A program made the position numbers and the translations under genes. A DNA stretch of 64,000 nt, from the sequence record OQ828465.1; one strand, written 5' to 3'. Numbering within the stretch: position 1 is the first letter of the stretch; the number at the start of each line of letters is the position of its first letter. This document shows, one piece after another, positions 1 to 9,115 of this stretch. The notes below the pieces were generated by a model that saw only the letters and a list, made by a program, of their open reading frames with translations, made no database searches and was not told the origin of the DNA.

Positions 1-390
1 ATGTCTTTTTATCTACCGAAATACACCGATCCAATTGAAGCAATCGAATGGAAAAAGAACGGTGATATACCTGGTGATGGCGTTATCAATAATATCAACC
101 AAGGTGCTATTGTTGGTTATGCTATACCTACTAAAGAGTCTACTCTTAGTAATGCGATTTGCCCATTATGTAATCTAACTGAATCTAGTCATGGTATTTT
201 ACGTGTAGGCCCAGATAAAGATAAAATTGTCTGTCCGGGTGATTTTATTATTTTAATTCGTAAAAATAATGGGCGTATACTAGATTACAAATTAATGCGT
301 CAACGTGAATTTAATAAACTTTATCAACTGGTAACAAAAGAGGAAGCTAAACAATGGGTAATGATGTTGGATCCAGAAAAGAAGGACTAA
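1..390 (+). CDS. Hypothetical protein (phiKZ gp1-like), CxxC-containing
   Basis: ORF 129 aa, CPLC motif; first gene of a tightly packed operon leading to DHFR. Confidence 0.75.
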   Translation: MSFYLPKYTDPIEAIEWKKNGDIPGDGVINNINQGAIVGYAIPTKESTLSNAICPLCNLTESSHGILRVGPDKDKIVCPGDFIILIRKNNGRILDYKLMRQREFNKLYQLVTKEEAKQWVMMLDPEKKD

Positions 391-938
391 AGTTATATGA
401 AGCTTTAGTTGAGGATATAATCATCACCAATGATCTTGGTACTGGTCTTCGACCATCTCTTAATATAACCACTAATGATGGTGTAACTAGGAATGTTACA
501 TTTGATCAACTTGAGAATTTTATTAAAGTTATAAAAGCCACGCATGATACGCAAACTGTTGGCACTCCATTACAATGGTGTATTTACAGGTATGCTCCTA
601 ATTTAGTTAAAGCTCGGTATATTGCAACTAGTTGGAAAATAACTGTAGACCATGTTAAAAAGACTTTGAATTTTCAAGGTACTTTAAACCACGAAGGTAC
701 TGTAGTTGATCATCCTAACTATGATCCAGATATTACCGCAAGAGAACTAATGTTCGATGAAACTATTACTGATTTTAGTCGATTTGAACAAATTGCTCTG
801 TCTGGAAATATCGCTAACTTTAAAGAAGAATTCAAAATGATGAAATATAGTTTTGACTTTAGTTACATTATTGAAGTTAGTAATGGCATGACTAGACTCA
901 AGGAGTTAGCTAATGATCAAACTGGATTATCAGATTAA
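354..938 (+). CDS. Probable ChmB-like phage-nucleus shell-associated protein (gp2 position)
   Basis: 194-aa ORF at the syntenic gp2 position two genes before DHFR; function assigned by synteny only. Confidence 0.45.
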   Translation: MGNDVGSRKEGLKLYEALVEDIIITNDLGTGLRPSLNITTNDGVTRNVTFDQLENFIKVIKATHDTQTVGTPLQWCIYRYAPNLVKARYIATSWKITVDHVKKTLNFQGTLNHEGTVVDHPNYDPDITARELMFDETITDFSRFEQIALSGNIANFKEEFKMMKYSFDFSYIIEVSNGMTRLKELANDQTGLSD

Positions 939-1419
939 ATCAGAAGTCAATCATCTATTAAATAGATTATTAGTTAAAAACTTAGATGGCACTGTTTATT
1001 TTAGAACAACTATTAAAGAAGACGATTTAAAAGACTTACCTGTTAATCTGATTAGCCTACAAGTACTTATAAATCTATTGATAGGTTATGAAGGACTAGA
1101 TATTACAACTAGTATTGAGGAATTCACACAACAGATTAGTCTGATTCTTTGGGACATGCCTATACTAGAAAAAGGCGAAGTGGAATACCTCTATATTGAA
1201 CAAGATATTAAGTTGAATGAATTAGTTATTAAACATAAAAGACCTGGTGTATTGATTGATGAGAAAGTATATGGTGAATTAACGCTATTACAAATGGCTC
1301 AAATTAATTACCTATTAGCGTCTACATTTAAGTTTAAAACTAATTTCACTTGCTGTAGTTGGGCTATTGAATTTAAAGATAATGAAGTATCTTGTAAATT
1401 CTGGCCTAAGGAAAATTAA
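913..1419 (+). CDS. Hypothetical protein (gp3-like)
   Basis: 168-aa ORF coupled to both neighbours (TAATG overlap with DHFR). Confidence 0.75.
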   Translation: MIKLDYQIKSEVNHLLNRLLVKNLDGTVYFRTTIKEDDLKDLPVNLISLQVLINLLIGYEGLDITTSIEEFTQQISLILWDMPILEKGEVEYLYIEQDIKLNELVIKHKRPGVLIDEKVYGELTLLQMAQINYLLASTFKFKTNFTCCSWAIEFKDNEVSCKFWPKEN

Positions 1420-1940
1420 TGGCTATTAAATTAATCGTTGCCCATGACCTAAATGGTGTCATTGGATATAATAATCTATTACCTTGGCATATACCTGAGG
1501 ATTTAGCTTTCTTTAAAGAAATGACAACTGGTTGCTGTGTTATCATGGGTAAAAATACTTTCTTATCCTTAGGTAGTAAACCGTTACCTAATCGTAATAA
1601 CATTGTTGTATCATCAAGTTTATATCGTAACGGTAATTATCCAGTAGCCTATGATAATAAATTAGGTGTACTCCCTAATCTAAGTGCAGCTATTGTTTAT
1701 GCCACTCATTTCAATAAAGAAACTGGAAAGGATGTATGGATCATTGGCGGTTCTCAACTTTATAAAGAAGTCATTGAAAAGGATATTTTAGACGAAATGT
1801 ACATTACTACTGTCAAGATGGAAATAGATAATAGTAGTTGTGTTTATTTCCCTAAAGAAATCATTAAATGGGATAAATGGAAATCAACCATTATTAAAGA
1901 AACTGACCTATGTACATATACCCATTGGATTAAAACATAA
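1419..1940 (+). CDS. folA: Dihydrofolate reductase (gp4)
   Basis: Canonical DHFR motifs LIVAHDLNGVIG, LPWHIPEDLAFFKEMT, VIMGKNTF, PLPNRNNIVVS, IIGGSQLY. Confidence 0.97.
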   Translation: MAIKLIVAHDLNGVIGYNNLLPWHIPEDLAFFKEMTTGCCVIMGKNTFLSLGSKPLPNRNNIVVSSSLYRNGNYPVAYDNKLGVLPNLSAAIVYATHFNKETGKDVWIIGGSQLYKEVIEKDILDEMYITTVKMEIDNSSCVYFPKEIIKWDKWKSTIIKETDLCTYTHWIKT

Positions 1941-1944
1941 TAAT

Positions 1945-1970
1945 AGCCTTCCCCCAGGGGAAGGCTTTAT
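1945..1970 (+). terminator. Intrinsic terminator after DHFR operon
   Basis: AGCCTTCCC/GGGAAGGCT stem followed by TTATG. Confidence 0.8.
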
Positions 1971-1977
1971 GTCATGT

Positions 1978-2005
1978 ATTCAAACATATTTAAACAGTAT
2001 ATTAC
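1978..2005 (+). promoter_or_regulatory. Early (virion RNAP) promoter cassette copy 1
   Basis: ATTCAAACATATTTAAACAGTATATTAC; TATATTAC is the phiKZ early promoter consensus. Confidence 0.8.
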
Positions 2006-2047
2006 AAAGGTGAATTAAATATAGATTATTCTATTTATTATTGAGGA

Positions 2048-2461
2048 GTGCAGTCCATGAAAAACTCTAAGAAAACAACTTATAATGCAATCGATCTAAG
2101 TAAATTAAGTAAAGATATGTTCAGTGGTGGTAGAACCTGGGCAGCGGTTGAGTTTGCAATAAATTGTGCAAATGAGTTAATGGAGTTAAATAGTAAAGGA
2201 AATACTATTTTATTTGATGACGATATTGTCGACAAAGTTGAATTTGAACTTAAGATCTATGATTGGTGTGATGCACCACATGGCTGTTATCTTTATAGAT
2301 CTTTATGGAAGAATACTCAGGAAATTGTCTTTGGTGATAATGTAAATAAAGATGGAAGACTTGTATTGACTAAAGAAGAAGTACGTGAATACTTTTCAAG
2401 ATTCAAAATTTTCCGTAGTGTCATGTACTTATCCAACAGTATTAAAAAGTTAAAAGGGTAA
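2048..2461 (+). CDS. Hypothetical early protein
   Basis: 137-aa ORF, GAGGA RBS, behind early promoter (true start may be ATG 2057). Confidence 0.75.
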   Translation: MQSMKNSKKTTYNAIDLSKLSKDMFSGGRTWAAVEFAINCANELMELNSKGNTILFDDDIVDKVEFELKIYDWCDAPHGCYLYRSLWKNTQEIVFGDNVNKDGRLVLTKEEVREYFSRFKIFRSVMYLSNSIKKLKG

Positions 2462-2480
2462 CCCTCCCCTACCGATAATA

Positions 2481-2545
2481 CATTCAAACCATTTTAAACA
2501 GTATATTACTAACTTGATATTTAACCTTCAATTAATGTAAAAAGG
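2481..2545 (+). promoter_or_regulatory. Early promoter/leader cassette copy 2
   Basis: TATATTAC at 2502-2509; 2493-2545 identical to 4344-4396; ends in GTAAAAAGG RBS. Confidence 0.8.
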
Positions 2546-2555
2546 AATCTATACC

Positions 2556-3071
2556 ATGTTCGAAATTAAATTTTCTAAAAAAGAACAATTCCCTGGCCGT
2601 GGTCACTGCATCGAACTTTATGGTGATTATGTCACCGAGCGTGTATGGCATGCAGTGAAACAAATGGTTGAATGTAACATTACCAATCACGAGTTTTATA
2701 AGGCAAAAGAAGGTTTCTGTGTATTCTTCCAAGGTGGGCATGATAACCCTCATGGGAAATGGATCCTTCTGGAATTCTGGGTAGACGACATCGAGAAGAC
2801 TCGTGAGTTCGTTCGTCTCTTGACCATCACTATTAATCGAGTATTGACGGAGCGTTTTACTCAAATCTGCGTTAACCCTAATCAAATGGGTTATGCAGAT
2901 GGGGCAGGTGCATATACTGTACTTGGCGAAATCCATAAAGAAACTGGATGTCGTGTTAATTGGGGTAGTCCGACTACACCCATTACCTTCTATCCAGAAA
3001 ATAACTTGGAACATCGTAAAGTACTCGACTTGTGTGAAACCTTCGAACTCCCAGTAACTAAATGGGTATAA
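2556..3071 (+). CDS. Hypothetical early protein
   Basis: 171-aa ORF behind cassette 2 with AAGGA RBS. Confidence 0.8.
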   Translation: MFEIKFSKKEQFPGRGHCIELYGDYVTERVWHAVKQMVECNITNHEFYKAKEGFCVFFQGGHDNPHGKWILLEFWVDDIEKTREFVRLLTITINRVLTERFTQICVNPNQMGYADGAGAYTVLGEIHKETGCRVNWGSPTTPITFYPENNLEHRKVLDLCETFELPVTKWV

Positions 3072-3088
3072 TTAGAGGATAAAGTACC

Positions 3089-3325
3089 ATGTACATCGTT
3101 ATCCACAGAGACGAGTCTGAAAGACATGAATTGACTGTAGGTGATCCTAAAGATCTTATCGCGATCTTAGTCATTCTGGAGAATAGTGATAAAGTCATTG
3201 AATATAAGGTTATCGATTCGGATGTTGGTGTAATCAAGGACTTTAGATACTCATTTGGTTGGGGTAACGGGTTCTTCACTAAAAATGCAAAAGATAATTT
3301 TAACTGGAATCAATCGAGGAAATAA
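3089..3325 (+). CDS. Small hypothetical protein
   Basis: 78 aa, GAGGA RBS. Confidence 0.7.
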   Translation: MYIVIHRDESERHELTVGDPKDLIAILVILENSDKVIEYKVIDSDVGVIKDFRYSFGWGNGFFTKNAKDNFNWNQSRK

Positions 3326-3327
3326 TA

Positions 3328-3540
3328 ATGGCTAATAGTAAAATCAGTGGCGAAGCTGTAATGAAATATCTACGTTCTCGAAATGACCACGTGGATTTTA
3401 TGCGAGATAAACTGTCGGTTTACATTGAAAATGATGAAGTGGTAGTTAAGATTATAGATACTACTTCAGGTGGTTCTGCAACACACCACTCAGGTTATGA
3501 TGTAAACAACTTTGAAAGAACGTATGGTCAAACTAACTAA
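3328..3540 (+). CDS. Small hypothetical protein
   Basis: 70 aa, GAGGA RBS. Confidence 0.7.
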   Translation: MANSKISGEAVMKYLRSRNDHVDFMRDKLSVYIENDEVVVKIIDTTSGGSATHHSGYDVNNFERTYGQTN

Positions 3541-3571
3541 ATAAATTAGTAACACTTATTGGCGACATACA

Positions 3572-3598
3572 CCCTCCCTTCGGGGAGGGCTTTATTTT
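3572..3598 (+). terminator. Intrinsic terminator (UUCG loop)
   Basis: CCCTCCC-TTCG-GGGAGGG then TTTATTTT. Confidence 0.85.
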
Positions 3599-3641
3599 CA
3601 ATATAGACATATTTTTTTAATACATTAGTTGGAGTTTAAAA

Positions 3642-3974
3642 ATGTTTAATAAAAATTTTATCAATGGTATTCAAATTTTTGTTGCCGCAACTACTGTTGC
3701 TACAACTATTGTTAAGTTAGTCGAATCATACAACAAATTAAATGAAGAAAAATCGGCTAACGATGTATGTAAGAAAATCCATATGGAAATCCATAAATTA
3801 ACTAGCCTGTTTATCGAACAAGATATACCTAATGAAGAACGCTGTGTTAGGTTACGTAAAACTGTTGATACATTAGTTAATAAACACTGCTCTAAATTAA
3901 CTGGCCGGCGGCGACTCAGGGCTGTTGCAGAAATCACTCGACATGTAGATGACTATTGTCGTCTGTGGAAATGA
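3642..3974 (+). CDS. Hypothetical protein with N-terminal hydrophobic helix
   Basis: 110 aa, GGAG RBS, IQIFVAATTVATTIV segment. Confidence 0.7.
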   Translation: MFNKNFINGIQIFVAATTVATTIVKLVESYNKLNEEKSANDVCKKIHMEIHKLTSLFIEQDIPNEERCVRLRKTVDTLVNKHCSKLTGRRRLRAVAEITRHVDDYCRLWK

Positions 3975-3977
3975 AAT

Positions 3978-4048
3978 AATACATTCAAACCATTTTAACC
4001 AGTATATCACAACAGTGTAATTAAACCTATTAAATCAGTAAAAAGGAA
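3978..4048 (+). promoter_or_regulatory. Early promoter cassette copy 3 (variant TATATCAC)
   Basis: ATAATACATTCAAACCATTTTAA shared with copy 2; TATATCAC 4003-4010; GTAAAAAGGAATC leader. Confidence 0.7.
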
Positions 4049-4055
4049 TCAAACT

Positions 4056-4316
4056 ATGACAACTTTCCTGACTTTTAAATCTGACGAAGACTTGGAGAAA
4101 GAAGCAATCCGTCGTGCACGTGCTATCATGGGTTTCCGTGGTGACCGTGATGCAGCTACTCGTCAGGTATGCATCAATCCTGTACGAGGTAAGGATTACC
4201 GTAACTGGTTATCCCATAGCGCTACCTGGAAAGATGGTAACATTGTTGTTGATGAAGATAGTCTCATTGAGCTAGCCCGTGCCATCATTGATGAGACCTA
4301 CCTGCACGATATGTAA
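4056..4316 (+). CDS. Hypothetical early protein
   Basis: 86 aa behind cassette 3. Confidence 0.75.
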   Translation: MTTFLTFKSDEDLEKEAIRRARAIMGFRGDRDAATRQVCINPVRGKDYRNWLSHSATWKDGNIVVDEDSLIELARAIIDETYLHDM

Positions 4317-4332
4317 TAACTACTACTCCCTT

Positions 4333-4396
4333 ATTCAAACATATTTAAACAGTATATTACTAACTTGATATTTAACCTTCAATTAATGTAAAAAGG
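4333..4396 (+). promoter_or_regulatory. Early promoter cassette copy 4
   Basis: 4333-4360 identical to copy 1; 4344-4396 identical to copy 2. Confidence 0.8.
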
Positions 4397-4406
4397 GACT
4401 TTAAAA

Positions 4407-4556
4407 ATGAAAGCATTCGCACTAGTGGTTATTGGTTTGACTTTTGGTGGACTGTTTGTAAACGCTAAGTTTGAAGAGCAAACTATTTCTAATGAAACTG
4501 TTATCCTCGGTCATCGTATCGGTCCCAATGGTCAAGAAATGCTCGTAACTAAATAG
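4407..4556 (+). CDS. Small membrane/secreted protein (49 aa, not in ORF track)
   Basis: MKAFALVVIGLTFGGLFVNAKFEEQ...; directly behind promoter cassette 4 and its RBS. Confidence 0.7.
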   Translation: MKAFALVVIGLTFGGLFVNAKFEEQTISNETVILGHRIGPNGQEMLVTK

Positions 4557-4566
4557 AGAAATAAAA

Positions 4567-4908
4567 ATGGAAAAGTCCGTAGCAGTTAAAGTAATCGACA
4601 ACATGTGCCGTCCGAATATCGTTGCTCGCATGAATGGTAAACTGGTCTACCATGCTCGTAATGTAAAAATAGTAGAAGGTAAGGATCTATGGCCGAACCG
4701 CACTGACGTAGATGATGTTCGTGTACTGGTCGGTGAAGCCTTCCGTAACGGTGAATGGGTACCCATGCGCAGTTCTAGCCTGGTTAACGTAGATGCTGTT
4801 ACCGGTGTATACGAAACCCTCAACTCTGTTTACATTGCTCCGGATCTTCTGGGAAGTCTCTCGGTGGGTCCTGATATCTTCAATGATGATGCAACTTTGA
4901 AAGGATAA
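4567..4908 (+). CDS. Hypothetical early protein
   Basis: 113 aa, operonic. Confidence 0.75.
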   Translation: MEKSVAVKVIDNMCRPNIVARMNGKLVYHARNVKIVEGKDLWPNRTDVDDVRVLVGEAFRNGEWVPMRSSSLVNVDAVTGVYETLNSVYIAPDLLGSLSVGPDIFNDDATLKG

Positions 4909-4913
4909 TCAAT

Positions 4914-5306
4914 ATGAACTTCATCAAAGAAAACGCACTTGGTCTTATTGCACTGGCAGTTGGCGCAACAGCCGTTGCTGCCATCCTCGCGGTCAAAGCT
5001 ACCGTAAAGGAAGACGGTCAGGCTGTAGCCGAACAGATCGAAAGCGGTATCTCTGATATTCTTATCGATAAGATCTCCACCTACCGCAACAGCGAACAAC
5101 ATCGCAAGCTGGTAAGTCGTATTCGTCGTGATCGAAATATCACAACGGAAGAGTTCATCAGCCGTATCCAGTTGGATATCGCCATGAACGTCCTGCCGGA
5201 AGTAGAAGTACTTCTGGAATCGCATCGTGACCAGGTAACCGAAGAAGAATTCGAACGCCTGGTAGCCAACCTTCAACACTTCGTACAACGGATCATTGCC
5301 AAATGA
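4914..5306 (+). CDS. Hypothetical protein with N-terminal TM helix
   Basis: ALGLIALAVGATAVAAILAV; AAGGA RBS. Confidence 0.75.
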   Translation: MNFIKENALGLIALAVGATAVAAILAVKATVKEDGQAVAEQIESGISDILIDKISTYRNSEQHRKLVSRIRRDRNITTEEFISRIQLDIAMNVLPEVEVLLESHRDQVTEEEFERLVANLQHFVQRIIAK

Positions 5307-5479
5307 AAGTAAAGATCGGAATGGGATTCATTGCAGTACTGATGGGTATCGCTGCCGCAGGTGGTGAGTTCTATTACGATCTCACTAAACCTGAGGGCAA
5401 GGTATCTAAAGAGTGGTGCCAACACCCGGCTAAGCCGAAATGTACCATGTATGCATTCAACGTCAAAGAGGACAAGTAA
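5303..5479 (+). CDS. Small membrane-anchored protein with Cys pair (58 aa, not in ORF track)
   Basis: MKVKIGMGFIAVLMGIAAAGGEFYY...WCQHPAKPKC; ATGA overlap upstream, abuts next ATG. Confidence 0.7.
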   Translation: MKVKIGMGFIAVLMGIAAAGGEFYYDLTKPEGKVSKEWCQHPAKPKCTMYAFNVKEDK

Positions 5480-6082
5480 ATGGAACAGCGTCTCCTGAAA
5501 GCTTTCAAGAACATAGATCCCGTGTTCACGCAGAAACAGCACAACGAGTTGATCGATCGACGCGGTGCCGACATGGGTTTGACTGTCAAGGTCGACGCCA
5601 TGCTACTGTTGATCAAGAACGACCCGGTCAAGTACAAAGACCTGGAAACCAAGATCATCGAAGACGCCATCGCCTTCATAAAAGGTGAGCGTTCCTCCGA
5701 TATCGCCCTGGGCCTGTTCAACAAGATGGTTTATCAGGACAACGGTCCCGATGCCGTCGGCCTGCTGGAATACGCCAAGGTTTCCGAGTACAAGAACATC
5801 CACGTGGATGAGTCCTGTGCTTGGGTCAACGTCTACCGTGGCAAGCTGAAGACCTTCATGGTTACATTCATCTCCCAATGTGCCGGTAACGCTCTGGTAC
5901 GTTCGGAACTGAAGACTCTTCAACATCAGCGTTACAATATCGCTAAGCAGAACTTCCGCGACATGAACAAACCTGTGCCTGAAGGTACTGTGAAAGAACT
6001 GGCCAAAATGTACGGTAAATCCATCTCGGAAATCCGTCGCATGAAAGCCGAAGGTCGTCTTGGGGAACTGACCCAAGAATAA
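5480..6082 (+). CDS. Hypothetical protein; C-terminal HTH-like segment
   Basis: 200 aa; TVKELAKMYGKSISEIRRM resembles a helix-turn-helix. Confidence 0.75.
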   Translation: MEQRLLKAFKNIDPVFTQKQHNELIDRRGADMGLTVKVDAMLLLIKNDPVKYKDLETKIIEDAIAFIKGERSSDIALGLFNKMVYQDNGPDAVGLLEYAKVSEYKNIHVDESCAWVNVYRGKLKTFMVTFISQCAGNALVRSELKTLQHQRYNIAKQNFRDMNKPVPEGTVKELAKMYGKSISEIRRMKAEGRLGELTQE

Positions 6083-6176
6083 TAGATGGGTCTCTTCGGA
6101 GACCCCATCTCAATGCGTCTTGAAAAGGATGCATTGAGATGTACTCAACCCAATCAATCGTAAAAAGGAAATTACC

Positions 6177-7289
6177 ATGAAACAGTATCGTGAACCCGTA
6201 ACCCGTCTGACCAAAGAAAAACTGGAATGGGTTATCAGCCGTCGTAAAGAAAGAAAGGCCGAACAACCTTTCGGTCGTGCCCATTTCCCTGCCGGTACTC
6301 GTGCTATCTTCGAATCCTGCTCCCTTCGTTACCTGGATGAGAATGAACGTGTGTATCCTGGACAGCGCTACGAGACATTCGAAGCTACTGTTCTCGGCGT
6401 TGTGGCCAATGGTCATAACAGTTATGTCGCTATTCTGGACATGCCCTGTGATCTTACTGAAAGCCGTAACAAGGCAATCAACGTCAGTTGGTGCCGTGGT
6501 ATTGTATCGCGCGGTGAAGGTAATTTCACCTGGTTCAAAGAAGAGTCAACCGAGTATGATCGCAATCATGGTTGGAACATCCGTGAGAAACATCCGACTG
6601 TTCGTTGGGCAGAAGGTCCTCGTCCTACTAAAGTACGTAGCCTTACCTGGGCAGAGGAATTCGATTATAACCGCGCAGTAGATCCGGTATACATCGAAAT
6701 CAACAAACATCACAGTCAGTACTATATCACTGACATGCGTTCGTTTGTGATGTTCACTCTTCGGGAACATCCTGCTTATGCAAACTCGTTTAAAGATCAT
6801 CTGCACAAACTGGACAAGCTAGTCATGGCGCTGTACTCCGATCCGACTATCAAAGCAGCTGAAGTAAAGCTGTCTCGCTACTCTGTTAGCTGGTTGATCA
6901 GCAAGAAGAAGTTCCATAAAGTCCTGCAACGCCTGCTTCCGTTCTACAAGACTTCTCGTCGTAAGGCGCAAGAAGAAGACGATAAAGCAATTAGCGAGAT
7001 GTATGAGGCTGAACTGGACCGTGACCTCAGTGAACAGTATGGTGAGTCTGATGATACCTCGGATGAATCAAGCTATTCATGGAATGACAGCACGCCCCTG
7101 GATGATGATGATCTGAATGTGTTTGATATGTACGACGACTCGGCATGCTCGCGTGAAATCAGTGATGATGTTCAACCCAAAACTATTGGTGAACTCCTGC
7201 GTGAAGCAATGGGGAACCCTGAAGAAGAGAAATCCAAATTAGTTATTGGAAGTATGGAAACTCTTTCTAAAGCGGTTATCATCAAATAG
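6177..7289 (+). CDS. Early protein, probable phiKZ gp14-like ribosome-associated factor
   Basis: 370 aa with acidic disordered C-terminal tail; position in early block; identity from recall/synteny only. Confidence 0.5.
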   Translation: MKQYREPVTRLTKEKLEWVISRRKERKAEQPFGRAHFPAGTRAIFESCSLRYLDENERVYPGQRYETFEATVLGVVANGHNSYVAILDMPCDLTESRNKAINVSWCRGIVSRGEGNFTWFKEESTEYDRNHGWNIREKHPTVRWAEGPRPTKVRSLTWAEEFDYNRAVDPVYIEINKHHSQYYITDMRSFVMFTLREHPAYANSFKDHLHKLDKLVMALYSDPTIKAAEVKLSRYSVSWLISKKKFHKVLQRLLPFYKTSRRKAQEEDDKAISEMYEAELDRDLSEQYGESDDTSDESSYSWNDSTPLDDDDLNVFDMYDDSACSREISDDVQPKTIGELLREAMGNPEEEKSKLVIGSMETLSKAVIIK

Positions 7290-7304
7290 ATTACACGCAA
7301 TAAT

Positions 7305-7331
7305 GGGAGTCTTCGGACTCCCTTTTATTTT
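7305..7331 (+). terminator. Intrinsic terminator (UUCG loop)
   Basis: GGGAGTC-TTCG-GACTCCC-TTTTATTTT. Confidence 0.9.
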
Positions 7332-7393
7332 CTACATCGTAATATTTTTTTATTTAGCAATATATTCATAAACTGTAAAAAGGAAGATATCTC

Positions 7394-8395
7394 ATGATCA
7401 TCAATGCAACCATCACTCGCGCAATGTTGAGTGCTCAAACTACAGAATCATCGCTTCTGTTTATTCTGACACACCTACATGGCAGTCCAGATGCTACTTC
7501 GTCGGATATGAACGACACCAAGCGCATTCTCGCCTCTAACGATCCTCTAAGTACCCTGTGGCAATGTGGTTGCCATTTGGTCGTATCGGAAGACGAACGC
7601 TGGTTCATTTCTCCATTCGGTGATACTGTACGCCTGGCATACCAGCACAAAGTACGTGGTAGCTGGATTACTTTCGGCATAGACCTGTTCGATCCGGAAG
7701 AATCCGAATCGGTACTATTGGCTATCCGTAGGCGGCTCCGCACCGGTTTCCCAGCAGATGAACTTGAAGTTAACTGTGGTATCAAAGGTTACCTCGAAGA
7801 AAGTTACGAGGTCAACGGGACCGGTTTGTGGAGCGTAGGTCGGATCATTCTGGCTCTGCATCCCACCAGCCCTTTCCGTTTTGCTGCTCTGGAACGTTTG
7901 TACGAGATTGCTAAGTTCCATAAGAACTACGCTGACATCGTGGATAATGTCGGGATCAATCATGATCGTAATTACCTGAATAACATCGTTGATGGAAAAT
8001 GGGTGGTCGAAGAGAAAGATGCTCAAGCTGTATTGAACAGCTACTTCACTTCGATGCTGAAGTTATTCCTCGACCGTGGTTTCTACTATCAGGATACTAT
8101 CGATGGCGGCAGGATCGATGTTCGTAGCAATGAAGGATCGTACTACCTCATTGGTGGTAATGCCACTGTAAATACCATCAATATCACTTACCTCAGTGCT
8201 AACAAAATAGAGATTCGTGATGGTGAATGGGAGTTCGCTTGGGACTGCAACAACACTGAATACTTCTTCGCTGAACATCCAGTAGATGCACTGCTTGCAT
8301 ATCACAAGCGTGTTGATCAGGAACATTCTTACAAAGCCACTGGTCTTGGTCATAGCCTGGAAGACATCCACAAGGTTCAACATATTCTAAAATGA
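7394..8395 (+). CDS. Hypothetical early protein
   Basis: 333-aa ORF, GTAAAAAGGA leader. Confidence 0.85.
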   Translation: MIINATITRAMLSAQTTESSLLFILTHLHGSPDATSSDMNDTKRILASNDPLSTLWQCGCHLVVSEDERWFISPFGDTVRLAYQHKVRGSWITFGIDLFDPEESESVLLAIRRRLRTGFPADELEVNCGIKGYLEESYEVNGTGLWSVGRIILALHPTSPFRFAALERLYEIAKFHKNYADIVDNVGINHDRNYLNNIVDGKWVVEEKDAQAVLNSYFTSMLKLFLDRGFYYQDTIDGGRIDVRSNEGSYYLIGGNATVNTINITYLSANKIEIRDGEWEFAWDCNNTEYFFAEHPVDALLAYHKRVDQEHSYKATGLGHSLEDIHKVQHILK

Positions 8396-8407
8396 GGAAG
8401 ATTAATT

Positions 8408-8887
8408 ATGTCGTATAACCTAGGCATTGTCACTCGCAATAAGTCGGCACTGATTGTCACCAATGATTACAAATATGATGAGTTCGTTCTACTAAAACCG
8501 ACCAGTGGTCTCAAGGTAGAAGGTCAGTTGGTGCAATTGGTCTGTATCTGTTTCGGTGACAAGGAAAAGCGTTCTCTGACTCACAAGATCATGACCAATG
8601 TTGAACAAGCAGATTACACCAAGGAAGACATCCTGGCTATGATGAAGGAACACGGTGTAGAACTTCGAGTGATCACTGATAAGGCAGTTCATGTATTTCA
8701 GTACATTCGTGATGTGGCTATCCATGGTGTGGTTGATTCCAATAACACCACCTTCTGGTTCGGCGACACGGAACACCGAAAATTGTTTTATCCGTATTGC
8801 GGTATTGAAGGTAAATCTTTTCATCATGCCCATCGTGATAAAGAATTGTGTCGGGTATTTGAGTTTGTCGCTGTAATCAATTGGTAA
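8408..8887 (+). CDS. Hypothetical protein
   Basis: 159 aa, GAGGA RBS. Confidence 0.8.
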   Translation: MSYNLGIVTRNKSALIVTNDYKYDEFVLLKPTSGLKVEGQLVQLVCICFGDKEKRSLTHKIMTNVEQADYTKEDILAMMKEHGVELRVITDKAVHVFQYIRDVAIHGVVDSNNTTFWFGDTEHRKLFYPYCGIEGKSFHHAHRDKELCRVFEFVAVINW

Positions 8888-8893
8888 CGATAT

Positions 8894-8925
8894 AAATACC
8901 CTCCTTCGGGAGGGTATTTATTTTG
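8894..8925 (+). terminator. Intrinsic terminator (UUCG loop)
   Basis: AAATACCCTCC-TTCG-GGAGGGTATTT. Confidence 0.9.
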
Positions 8926-8943
8926 TGATTAGAGGAATAAAAA

Positions 8944-9087
8944 ATGGTAGGTTATCGTATTATTGCTTTTAATGGTACTCAGTGGGAATCTCCGAGTGGG
9001 TACACCATTCAGCAAGCGGTGAATGAGTTCCTAAAGAAATATGATTTACATGAATTAGATATTCGCAGTATTACCGCATTACACTAA
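8944..9087 (+). CDS. Small hypothetical protein (47 aa, not in ORF track)
   Basis: GAGGA RBS, MVGYRIIAFNGTQWESPSG... Confidence 0.6.
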   Translation: MVGYRIIAFNGTQWESPSGYTIQQAVNEFLKKYDLHELDIRSITALH

Positions 9088-9115
9088 ATCCAATTTTAAA
9101 TAGGAATACGTATTA

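Noticed and set aside
1978-4396. Repeats considered as a CRISPR array or terminal repeats
   Set aside because: Spacing is gene-sized and the repeats contain promoter and RBS motifs; no cas genes and no regular spacers
2532-8833. Many minus-strand ORFs of 100-160 aa in the early region
   Set aside because: Shadow ORFs antisense to genes with clear promoters and RBSs; favoured by the higher GC there
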